DNA from: an uncultured Nitrososphaerota archaeon
GTDB lineage: Archaea; Thermoproteota; EX4484-205; JAAOZP01
Length of the DNA stretch: 64,000 nt
NCBI GenBank assembly: GCA_964416155.1
Contig: CAYQCW010000003.1
Location: 147,774-211,773 of the forward strand
Reading direction: 5' to 3'
Shown: positions 48,288 through 57,291 of the stretch, one piece after another
How the letters are laid out: every line of letters begins with the position of its first letter
Numbering within the stretch: the stretch's first letter is position 1
The notes under the pieces: generated by a model
Told to the model about the DNA's origin: nothing
What the model saw: the letters and a program-made list of their open reading frames with translations, nothing else
Database searches by the model: none
Made by a program: the position numbers and the translations under genes

Positions 48288-48318
48288 GAAAATTGATTTT
48301 TTAGAGAAATCAATTTTC
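48288..48318. repeat. 12-bp-stem inverted repeat GAAAATTGATTT-N7-AAATCAATTTTC
   Basis: Perfect arms at the junction between two gene fragments. Confidence 0.75.
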
Positions 48319-48335
48319 CGATTTCAGACCCGAAT

Positions 48336-48536
48336 GTGCCTGATGAGGCTAAAAGAGTCAGTGGTTATGGTGCAAGCGAATATTACCTGCTTAGAGATTT
48401 CATAAACGCTATAGATAACGATACAGAACCGCCCATCGACGTTGTAAAGGGAGTCGATATGACACTTCCAGGCCTAATAGCACATGAAGCTACCATGAAA
48501 GGAAATGTTTGGCTCGATGTTCCGCATTTTGAATAG
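48336..48536 (+). pseudogene. C-terminal fragment of a Gfo/Idh/MocA oxidoreductase
   Basis: YGASEYYLLRDFINAI...PPIDV...MTLPGLIAHE...WLDVP; the Rossmann N-terminus is absent. Confidence 0.7.
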
Positions 48537-48695
48537 CGATTCGAGACAAAGGATACAGGATTTTAGCGCGTGCTCAACAAATTGAAAGAGAGAAGGGATG
48601 AATACGATCTGTGTATAAATGGGAATCAAACCCTATGTCTGGCTCAAGGATGAGAACCACTAAATTTTGTAAAAAGAGCCACGTATTAGTGCCGT

Positions 48696-49949
48696 TTACA
48701 TCTCCCTTATCTGCCCAGAACCATAAACCACGTATTTCGTCGTAGTGATTTCCCTCAGGCCCATTGGCCCTCTTGCGTGAAGCTTCTGCGTGCTTATTCC
48801 TACTTCAGCGCCGAAGCCGAATTGGCCTCCGTCTGTGAACCTGGTTGAAGCGTTAACATATACTGTTGACGAGTCCACTAGTCTCGTGAATAATTCAGCC
48901 TCCTGCAGGTTGCTAGTTATTATTGCGTCGGAATGCTTTGAACCATACTTGTTTATGTGCTGTATGGCTTCCTCCACGCTGTCCACTATTTTGACGGCGA
49001 GCGTTAGATCCATGTATTCCTCGTACCAGTCTTCCTCAGTGGCTTCAACCAGAGTTGGGACTATCGTCCTGCTCCTCTCGCACCCTTTGATTGCGACGTT
49101 GTAGCCTCTCAGAGTATCAACTAGCTTTGGAAGATATTTCTCCGCTATCTTACTGTGTACCAGGACTTTCCTAACAGCATTGCATACCGCAGGTCTTTGA
49201 ATCTTAGCGTTCACTATTATCCTGGTGGCCATCTCTAGGTCAGCGTCCCAGTTCACGAAAATATGGCAGTTACCGGCCCCGGTTTCGATTATTGGTACTA
49301 GAGAGTTTTCCTTGACGAACCTGATGAACTGGGCGCTTCCCCTCGGGATTATGACATCTATGTATGTGTCCTGCTTCAGGAGTAAGCCAACGAGCTCTCT
49401 GCTGGGGTTCTCTATGAGTTGTATTGCCTCAGGGTTGACAAGGTTTTTCACAGCATCCCTCATTATTTCCACCAGTATTTTGTTCGAGTTTAACGCTTCC
49501 GAGCCTCCTCTAAGGACGACGGCGTTACCAGCCTTTAACGCTAAGCCGGTTATGTCTACTGTAACGTTGGGCCTAGCCTCATATATAACCCCAATAACCC
49601 CAAGCGGCACGCGGACCTTCCTTATTTCTAAGCCGTGTCTAGTTCTCCACCCTTCAACTATTTCCCAAACCGGGTCCGGTAGGGAAGCAACCTGGCGGAG
49701 GCCTTCAGCCATCTCCCTGACTCGTTTCTCGTTAAGCAACAGCCTGTCTACCAGAGACGATGAGGCCCCTTTTGCCTCCGCTGCTTCAACATCTCTCCTG
49801 TTCTCCCGTATTATTTCTTCCCTATGCTTCTCGATTTGTTCAGCCATCTTTTCCAATGCAGCGTTTTTAACGGGTGTCGGAGTCATTCCGAGTTTCAGAG
49901 AAGCCTCCTTAGCCTTTCTGGATTTTTCAACGACCTCCTCCATCCCCAA
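48696..49949 (-). CDS. proA: Gamma-glutamyl phosphate reductase
   Basis: Motifs VPLGVIGVIYEARPNVT, CNA, NASTRFTDG and ISTQKLHARGPMGL. Confidence 0.96.
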   Translation of the reverse strand: MGMEEVVEKSRKAKEASLKLGMTPTPVKNAALEKMAEQIEKHREEIIRENRRDVEAAEAKGASSSLVDRLLLNEKRVREMAEGLRQVASLPDPVWEIVEGWRTRHGLEIRKVRVPLGVIGVIYEARPNVTVDITGLALKAGNAVVLRGGSEALNSNKILVEIMRDAVKNLVNPEAIQLIENPSRELVGLLLKQDTYIDVIIPRGSAQFIRFVKENSLVPIIETGAGNCHIFVNWDADLEMATRIIVNAKIQRPAVCNAVRKVLVHSKIAEKYLPKLVDTLRGYNVAIKGCERSRTIVPTLVEATEEDWYEEYMDLTLAVKIVDSVEEAIQHINKYGSKHSDAIITSNLQEAELFTRLVDSSTVYVNASTRFTDGGQFGFGAEVGISTQKLHARGPMGLREITTTKYVVYGSGQIREM

Positions 49950-49971
49950 CGCAGTCTTGAAGAAATCTTTC

Positions 49972-50793
49972 TTAAGACTTAAACCTTTTCCACAGTGGGC
50001 GAACTACGGTGCCAGCGTTTTCACCGTTCAGTATTTTCGCTATAATGTTTCTCTTTAAACCGTTAGCTATCACTGTTGTGACCCCTGATCTAGAGGCTAT
50101 TGCTGCCGCCTGAAGTTTGGAAAGCATGCCGCCTCTACCCAGAGCACCGGGGGATCCTGCGAAAGAAAGAACCTTCCTGTTAACCTTCCTAAGCTCCTTA
50201 ACAATTCTGACACCATTTTTAGTAGGCGTCATGAACCCGTCGACATCAGTCAGCATTATGAGCAGGTCGGCACCTATTCTCGATGCTATGATGGCTGACA
50301 GCCTATCATTATCTCCAAACCTGACGGAGTCAGGCACATAAGGGTTTATTGGAACAAGTTCTTTAACAGAGATGGCGTCGTTCTCATTTATAATGGGGAT
50401 CACGTCCTGCTCCATTAGGGCGGATAGAGTTCTCCAAAAATTCTTGTAGCGATACTTGTTCGCCAAATCCTCCTCTGTAAGAAGTATTTGAGCAGTGTTT
50501 ATTCCATACTTGTTGAAATATTTCGTGTATAATGCCATCAGGGTTGGCTGCCCTATGGCTGCACAAACCTGTTTCATCGTAAGCTTCAAACTGCCCGGGG
50601 ACGATTCTATCTTAAGCTTTGACAAGCCTGTTGCAATAGCACCAGAGGTCACTATGACTACCGCCTTCATCTTACTCCTGTTTTCCGCAATCTGCCTAAC
50701 TATTTCCCTGACTCTCGCTTCGCTAATCCAGCCTTTAGAGTTTGCCAGCACGCTTGTGCCGATTTTAACCACGACCTCGGGTTTACGAGTCAA
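49972..50793 (-). CDS. proB: Glutamate 5-kinase (no PUA domain)
   Basis: Motifs VVKIGTS, TSGAI, PIINEND, FGDNDRLSA and GGMLSKL. Confidence 0.95.
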   Translation of the reverse strand: MTRKPEVVVKIGTSVLANSKGWISEARVREIVRQIAENRSKMKAVVIVTSGAIATGLSKLKIESSPGSLKLTMKQVCAAIGQPTLMALYTKYFNKYGINTAQILLTEEDLANKYRYKNFWRTLSALMEQDVIPIINENDAISVKELVPINPYVPDSVRFGDNDRLSAIIASRIGADLLIMLTDVDGFMTPTKNGVRIVKELRKVNRKVLSFAGSPGALGRGGMLSKLQAAAIASRSGVTTVIANGLKRNIIAKILNGENAGTVVRPLWKRFKS

Positions 50794-50857
50794 CCAGCGC
50801 CACTCGGTGACTAAAAAGGGGCTGAAACCATGTATTTAAGGACTACGCTGGAAAAGC

Positions 50858-53248
50858 TTATTTCCCTATTGTAAAGCTTGCAGTCAACCCTCCTACAGTC
50901 ACTATGAATATCCCTTCTTCAACGGTTTTTTCCGGGCCGTCCGTGTAGAAACCTAGCTCGTAAACAGGAATAGTGAAGCTTACTGTCTGCGTCTCGCCTG
51001 GCTGAAGCGTTATCTTTTGGAAACGGTATAGCTTTTTCACAGGCGTTGGTAGACTGCTTTCAACATCGCTCACATAAACCTGGACTACTTCACTACCTTC
51101 ACGAGCCCCCGTGTTACTAACGTTCACGCTAATCGTGATTGTGCCTGTCAAAAGCGGTTCCGTCGGAGTAATATTTAGGCAACTGTATTCGAACGTCGTA
51201 TAGCTGAGCCCATATCCAAACTCGAAAAGCGGGTCATATTCTTCATTGGACCGACGATCATAGTTTATCGGTTCTTGAGCAGTAGACTTAGGCCATGAGC
51301 GCGGCAGCTTTCCACTAGGATTATAGTCGCCGAATAAAACGTCCGCCACACCCTGGCCTTCAGTCCCTGGGAGCCAAGCCATCAGAAAAGCATCCCACTC
51401 GGGCAGCCTGTTTTCTATGCCTGTTAAGGGTCGGCCGGCAATCATTATAACGACCGTTGGGGTTCCCGAGGCAACAACCCTGTCTATTATCTTAAGCTGC
51501 TCCTCGGGCAGGTCTAGGCTCTCCCTGTCGCCAAGAAATTCAGCGTAGGGGGTTTCCCCAACTACGACAATCCCCACGTCATAGGGGCCAGCTATATTGC
51601 TAGCGTTTTCGTCGAATATGATCTTGGTGCTCTGGGAAACTGTTTTCCGGATAGCCTCCAGAATAGTTGTTCCGATAGTAATGTCACCGCTGCTTCCCTG
51701 CCAGGTGATTGTCCAGCCGCCGCATTGGTTCCCAATATCATTTGCATTCGGACCTGCGACAAAGATCCTACTCACGTTTTTAGGTATTGGAAGAATACCG
51801 TTGTTCTTCAGCAGCACCATACTTTCACGGACTGCTTGACGGGCAACCTCCCTGTGCACAGCATTACCGACAATCGAGGAAAGACTTTCATCCGCATAAG
51901 GATTCTCGAAGAGGCCTAGACGGAATTTAACCACCAGAATCCTGTAGACTGCCTCGTCTATTCTGCTCAACGGGATCTCGCCGCTGTTAACAAGGTCTCT
52001 GAGCGTGGCTTGAAACATTTTCCAGGTGCTTGGAACCATCGCCATATCTATTCCTGCCTCAATGCTTTTCTTAACCGCGTTCCTATAGGACGGGTCAACC
52101 TGGCTTATTGCCTCCCAGTCAGAAACCAGTAGGCCTTTAAACCCCAGCTCAACCTTTAAAACATCGGTCAGAAAGAATCTACTTCCATGTATCTTCTCAC
52201 CGTTAATACTGCAGTAAGAAGCCATTACTGACCCTACTCCAGCGTTAACCGCACCTATGAAGGGTTCGAGATGCTTTTCCCGGAGTATTCTCAGCGGCCC
52301 TTGGAAATCCCCTTGATCCCTGCCATTGATGGTTCCACCTGAACCCATGTAATGCTTAGCCGTAGCCAGAACAGTATCATCCCGGTCAAGCCCACCACCC
52401 TCGTATCCCTTAACCGCGCTTATCGCCATTATCTTAACTAGATACGGGTCTTCGCTGAAGGACTCGTATGTTCTGCCCCATCGATCGTCTCTGGCGACGT
52501 CGATGCACGGTGAGAAAGTCCAGCGGATGCCTGTAGCCCTCACCTCGATCGCCGTGATATGGGCACACTCTTTAACCAGTTCAGGGTTCCATGTCGCACC
52601 CATCCCAATGTTATGGGGGAAAATCACAGCGCCGTAAACATTGTTATGCCCGTGAACAGCGTCAATACCATATAGAATTGGAATCCCTAGACGTGTTCCT
52701 TCAACAGCCTGTCTTTGATACTCGTTGTACATCTTAGCCCAGTTGGAAGGAACGTTAGGAACAGGGCAGGATCCCCCGCCGCTCAAAAGCCCGCCTAGAT
52801 TGTAAGTAGATATGTCTGAGATGCTGCTTATCGATTGCCGGTCTGGAAGAGTCATTTGACCGATTTTCTCGTCAAGCGTCATTCGAGAAAGAAGGTCGAG
52901 AGCCCTCTCCTCGGGAGAGAGATGCGGGTTACGGTACGGTGCTGTTGAAGGAGGGGGTTGAGGTGGGGGAGGCCTAGTCGTGAAAACAACTGTTAAGTAA
53001 ACGCATATTACGGTCACAACTATAATAATAACTCCGGCTATGACCTTTCTTGACTTTTCTGTTTCTTCTGAGGTTTGCGTCAACAAGTGAAGCAAGGATG
53101 CGAGAAGAATAGGGGGCAAGAGTATTGTTTCTACTTTCGCTTGGTTTAAACCGGTTTTCCATGGACTTGTCTGTAGACTTAAAGAAAAAACGCATAGTGC
53201 CAAGAGCATTTTGAAGACCGGGAGACCTTTTTCCAACTCTCTCACCAA
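50858..53248 (-). CDS. GH3 beta-glucosidase with Fn3-like domain and N-terminal membrane anchor
   Basis: Motifs DAVHGH, RWGRTYESFSEDP, AKHY, nucleophile VSDW and WLPGTEG. True start is probably the TTG at 53083. Confidence 0.92.
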   Translation of the reverse strand: MVRELEKGLPVFKMLLALCVFSLSLQTSPWKTGLNQAKVETILLPPILLASLLHLLTQTSEETEKSRKVIAGVIIIVVTVICVYLTVVFTTRPPPPQPPPSTAPYRNPHLSPEERALDLLSRMTLDEKIGQMTLPDRQSISSISDISTYNLGGLLSGGGSCPVPNVPSNWAKMYNEYQRQAVEGTRLGIPILYGIDAVHGHNNVYGAVIFPHNIGMGATWNPELVKECAHITAIEVRATGIRWTFSPCIDVARDDRWGRTYESFSEDPYLVKIMAISAVKGYEGGGLDRDDTVLATAKHYMGSGGTINGRDQGDFQGPLRILREKHLEPFIGAVNAGVGSVMASYCSINGEKIHGSRFFLTDVLKVELGFKGLLVSDWEAISQVDPSYRNAVKKSIEAGIDMAMVPSTWKMFQATLRDLVNSGEIPLSRIDEAVYRILVVKFRLGLFENPYADESLSSIVGNAVHREVARQAVRESMVLLKNNGILPIPKNVSRIFVAGPNANDIGNQCGGWTITWQGSSGDITIGTTILEAIRKTVSQSTKIIFDENASNIAGPYDVGIVVVGETPYAEFLGDRESLDLPEEQLKIIDRVVASGTPTVVIMIAGRPLTGIENRLPEWDAFLMAWLPGTEGQGVADVLFGDYNPSGKLPRSWPKSTAQEPINYDRRSNEEYDPLFEFGYGLSYTTFEYSCLNITPTEPLLTGTITISVNVSNTGAREGSEVVQVYVSDVESSLPTPVKKLYRFQKITLQPGETQTVSFTIPVYELGFYTDGPEKTVEEGIFIVTVGGLTASFTIGK

Positions 53249-53384
53249 GACATCTGAACATCCTTCTGAAACTCATATTTAAACTATTTAATACAGATTT
53301 AGGATTGAAAGCGTCTTCGACCTGCTAAGCTATCAACTGGTAAAGGAAGAGCAGAAATAACGAGATGTGGTTCAAGCAGGGTGG

Positions 53385-54105
53385 CTACGGTTTCCTCCCC
53401 ACGGATATTATGTAGAGCGGTTGCTCTTCATCCGGAAGACTTAGGACCGCCTTAACCTGCTCATCGTAAAAGACGCCGACAGTTACAACACCCAGGTTCA
53501 AGGCTGCTGCTTGCAGGCATATGTTTTGAGCAACGTGGCCAGCCTCTAAATGCACGTATCTAATCCCTCTCTCACCGTATTTCCTAGTGGCCCGTTCATA
53601 CACTGCGGCTATTACGATGTCTACGGCGATATTCCTCACACATGCTTGACCGAGCAGCTTCAGCTAAAGAGACCCTCTTATCACCATCCAGAACCCTAAT
53701 AACCTCGTTCCCTTCCGACACATACTTGTATACACCGGGAGCAAGATCCCCCACGTCCCCAACTATAAGATAAACCTCAAGAGGGTAGAGGGCCCCGGCG
53801 GAAGGAGCCGTTCTTAACCCCTGTGGGTCAGTAATGCCCTTGGCAGCCCAAAGCAATTGAGAAACCTCCTGCAAGGTTAAGCGTGCGCTAGCATATTCTC
53901 TTACTGATCTTCTTTTAAGCAGAGCCTCTTCAACAGAAATCTCGCTCTCATAGCGAGGCTCAGGAAGCCTCAGCCTCGTCGCGTTAATCCAAACAGGAGC
54001 ATGGCTCCGAGCCGGATGTAGGAAAAAGTATGGGGATAAGGCGGCTATCAGAATTATTGAGACAAATATCGCGACTGTTAAAACACGTTTGCCCCCCATA
54101 GCCAA
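53385..54105 (-). pseudogene. SagB/ThcOx-type nitroreductase family protein, frameshifted near 53652
   Basis: KRRSVREY and RTAPSAGALYPLEVY are in one frame; KYGERGIRYVHLEAGHVAQN is in another. Confidence 0.82.
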
Positions 54106-54273
54106 GTTTCATGATTTATTTAGAACAGATAGTGTCAATTAAATGTAACGTACTTAGGATGCGGACAGCAGGATAAGGATTGGAAAATTTCAACCACTAC
54201 ATTAATAGTGCGCCAGCTGAATAGAAGTGTTAATGGCTTCGAGACGGGTTTCTAACTTGACTCATCTGAGAAA

Positions 54274-54375
54274 TGCGGGGGGTGGGATTTGAACCCACGA
54301 ACCCCTACGGGACTGGAGCCTCAGTCCAGCGCCTTTAACCTAGCTTTGCCGCTTCTTGGCTTTGGCGACCCCCGC
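54274..54375 (-). tRNA. tRNA-Leu(GAG) with 17-nt intron near 14/15 (54345-54361)
   Basis: Anticodon loop CTGAGGC and a long variable arm; removing the insert restores an 85-nt tRNA. Confidence 0.9.
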
Positions 54376-54643
54376 CTGTCAATTTTTATGCAGTGGTGGA
54401 TTAAAAGTTTTTTGATTCATTGGTAATGCGTATTGCCCCTTCTGGAGGTTTTAGCAAAGGGGGTTATTTTACAGGAATCTGCAGGGTTAACCTTCTATTC
54501 TGACTCGTATCTTTTAGGAAGTGAGAGTTGCAACGGGGTTCTCAATGTCCTTTTCCGCCTAAATATGATGCCTCTTTAGTTTTAGAAGAGCTAGAATGGA
54601 TAAAGTTTATTTAACTTATCCCAAGGGTTTTAAAAGAGGTTAG

Positions 54644-55855
54644 TTGGCAATAAACGTGAATCAACTGCGGACATACCCTGTTCCCAAGCAGAAGATAGAG
54701 ATTGTTGAGAGGAAGGGGCTCGGCCACCCGGATACCATTTCAGACATGATTATGAACGAGCTTTCAGTTGAGCTCTGCCGGCTCTACCTTAAGGAGTTTA
54801 ACATGGTTCTCCACTATAATCTTGATAAGAGCCTGCTGGTTGCCGGCGAGTCTGAGACGAGGTTCGGAGGAGGGGTTGTTAAGAAGCCGATGAAGCTTAT
54901 TTTCGGAGATAGGGCAACCTATAGTTTCAACGGCAGGGAGCTGCCTATAGAGAAGCTTGCCGTAGATTCTGCTAAGAAATGGTTCCGGAGGAACCTGAGG
55001 TTCGTCGATCCGGATAAGCATGTTTCCTACGAGGTTCAGATAGGAAGGAGTGCGGCGAACCTAGCTGACATTTTTAAGCGGGGAGGAGAGTTTCTGGGCG
55101 CTAACGATACTTCCGCAGCTGTGGGGTATGCTCCTTTATCCCCGCTTGAGAATCTTGTTCTAGATGTTGAGCGACATTTGAACAGCGAGGATTTTAAGAA
55201 GGAGTTTGAGGAAACCGGGGAGGATGTAAAGGTTATGGGTTATAGGATAGATAGCATGGTTGACCTGACTATAGCAATGTCCTACGTGGACCGCTTCATA
55301 GACCGCGAGGAGGCCTATTTCAGGTTTAAGAAGGAGGTTGTTGAACATTTGAAGACTTACATTGAGGACAATTATGATTTTAAGAAAGTAAACATCACCC
55401 TGAATAGTCTGGATACTAGGGGGAGAGGGGAAGACGGAATATATTTGACTGTCACCGGTACTTCCGCTGAGGCAGGAGACAGCGGACAGGTTGGCAGGGG
55501 TAATCGGGTGAACGGGGTTATAGCCCTGTTGAGGCCTGCAGGTTCAGAAGCTGCTGCCGGCAAGAATCCTGTCAGCCATGTTGGAAAAATATATAATCTT
55601 TTATCGTTTAAAATTGCTAACGATATAATTGAAAAGGTTGATGGTGTTGAGGAGGTTTACGTATGGCTTCTCAGCCAGATAGGAGTACCTGTTAACAAAC
55701 CTAAGCTGGTTTCAGTGCAAGTGATTCTGGAAGAAGGGTTGACCATGGAGGTTCTGGAGAAGCCTATAGCGGAGGTTGTTGAGGAAAGTCTAAGCGACGA
55801 TTCGCTAAGGAGCTTCATAAATGATCTGATAGAGGGAAAACTGAGAGTATGCTAA
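54644..55855 (+). CDS. mat: S-adenosylmethionine synthetase, archaeal type
   Basis: Motifs EIVERKGLGHPD, ANDTS, GEDVKVMG and AAGKNPVSHVGKIYN. Confidence 0.95.
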   Translation: MAINVNQLRTYPVPKQKIEIVERKGLGHPDTISDMIMNELSVELCRLYLKEFNMVLHYNLDKSLLVAGESETRFGGGVVKKPMKLIFGDRATYSFNGRELPIEKLAVDSAKKWFRRNLRFVDPDKHVSYEVQIGRSAANLADIFKRGGEFLGANDTSAAVGYAPLSPLENLVLDVERHLNSEDFKKEFEETGEDVKVMGYRIDSMVDLTIAMSYVDRFIDREEAYFRFKKEVVEHLKTYIEDNYDFKKVNITLNSLDTRGRGEDGIYLTVTGTSAEAGDSGQVGRGNRVNGVIALLRPAGSEAAAGKNPVSHVGKIYNLLSFKIANDIIEKVDGVEEVYVWLLSQIGVPVNKPKLVSVQVILEEGLTMEVLEKPIAEVVEESLSDDSLRSFINDLIEGKLRVC

Positions 55856-57291
55856 GCCAAGAGGAAACCAGCAAGCTTAAGATAGGTCTTGAAATCCACG
55901 TGCAGTTAACAAATCTGAAAACCAAGCTTTTCTGTCCTTGTCCTTCTGACTATCGCGGTAAGAAGCCGAACGAAAACGTTTGCCCAGTCTGCCTAGGACT
56001 GCCCGGCACGCTGCCGCAGGTTAACAGCAAGGCTATTGAAAGCGCGATAGCTGTTTGCCTCGCATTCAAGGCGAAAGTACAACCCTATGTTGTTTTCAGC
56101 CGGAAGAATTATTTCTATCCAGATATGAATAAGAACTATCAGATAACGCAGTACGACAAGGCGGGGGGAGCGACGATAGGTGTCGGAGGACATGTCACGA
56201 TAAACATGGAGGGGGAGAGGAGAGAAATACCTTTCAAGAGAATACAGCTCGAGGAAGACCCTGGTAGACTGGTCCATGTGGAAAAAGGAAGGATCAGGAA
56301 AACCTACATAGACTACAACAGGGCAGGAATAGCCCTCATAGAGATCGTCACAGAGCCGGTTATGCACCAGCCTAAAGAGGCACGTCTAGTCTTAGAGAAA
56401 GTGCAGACAACCCTAGAGCATCTTGGTGTTCTCGACCCCTCCTTCGAGGGTTCCATGAGGTGTGATGCAAATGTTTCTTACGCCGGAGGGGCGAGGGTAG
56501 AAATTAAAAACATCAGCTCCTTTAGAGAGGTGGAGCAGGCGTTACGTTTCGAAGAACTAAGGTTAGCTTATCTTCCTAAGCTGGAGAGCACTGTTACGAA
56601 AAGATGGGGAGAAAAAGAGGGGGTTACAGCAACATCTAGGGAGAAGGAAACTGAGGAGGATTATCGTTACTTCCCTGAGCCCGACATTCCACCGATACTG
56701 GTTGACGAGAAGATTGTTGAGAGGATTAGAGGGTGCTTGCCTGAGCTGCCTGATGAACGGCTAGAAAGATTTATGAGAACCTACGGGTTGCCTGAAAAAT
56801 TGGCTTCAATCCTAGTGATGGAGAAGCCCGTTGCAGACTTCTTTGAAGAAGCATTACAGTTTTTAAATGATCCTAGGGAGGTTGCATACTGGCTTACTAA
56901 TGAGGTTGTGAGAAGATGGCGGGAGTGTGGCGTGGACTATAGAAAAAGCAAGTTTAAGCCTAAGAATCTAGCGAAGCTTGTCAACATGGTTAAGGTGGGT
57001 GCTTTGACCCCCCGTATGGCGAAAAGTATTCTCTGGGATGTGGTTTTAACAGGTGAAGATGTTGAAGAGCATATTGAGCGGAAAGGCATCAGCATAATAA
57101 GGGATCTAAGCATGCTCAGACAAATGGTTCTAAATGTTTTAGAGGAAAATCCGGGTCTTAGAGAAAATGCTTCAAAGAATAGGCGGATAGTTGATTTTAT
57201 ATGTGGAGAAGTTCAAAAGAAGCTCGATGGAAGAGCAGACCCGATTATTCTCAGGGATGAGGTAAAGAGGCTGATTGAGGGGGACAATTGA
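55849..57291 (+). CDS. gatB: Asp/Glu-tRNA amidotransferase subunit B
   Basis: Motifs IGLEIHVQL, RKNYFYPD, DYNRAG, MRCDANVS and YRYFPEPD. Confidence 0.95.
   Translation: MLSQEETSKLKIGLEIHVQLTNLKTKLFCPCPSDYRGKKPNENVCPVCLGLPGTLPQVNSKAIESAIAVCLAFKAKVQPYVVFSRKNYFYPDMNKNYQITQYDKAGGATIGVGGHVTINMEGERREIPFKRIQLEEDPGRLVHVEKGRIRKTYIDYNRAGIALIEIVTEPVMHQPKEARLVLEKVQTTLEHLGVLDPSFEGSMRCDANVSYAGGARVEIKNISSFREVEQALRFEELRLAYLPKLESTVTKRWGEKEGVTATSREKETEEDYRYFPEPDIPPILVDEKIVERIRGCLPELPDERLERFMRTYGLPEKLASILVMEKPVADFFEEALQFLNDPREVAYWLTNEVVRRWRECGVDYRKSKFKPKNLAKLVNMVKVGALTPRMAKSILWDVVLTGEDVEEHIERKGISIIRDLSMLRQMVLNVLEENPGLRENASKNRRIVDFICGEVQKKLDGRADPIILRDEVKRLIEGDN

Noticed and set aside
47561-48578. Autonomous IS with terminal inverted repeats
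   Set aside because: No transposase or clear target duplication, and the repeat derives from a gene 3' end. Kept only as a rearrangement scar.
53385-54105. SagB-like gene as the maturase for the Cys-rich peptide
   Set aside because: It is 8 kb away, frameshifted and has no YcaO partner; stand-alone members are common in archaea.
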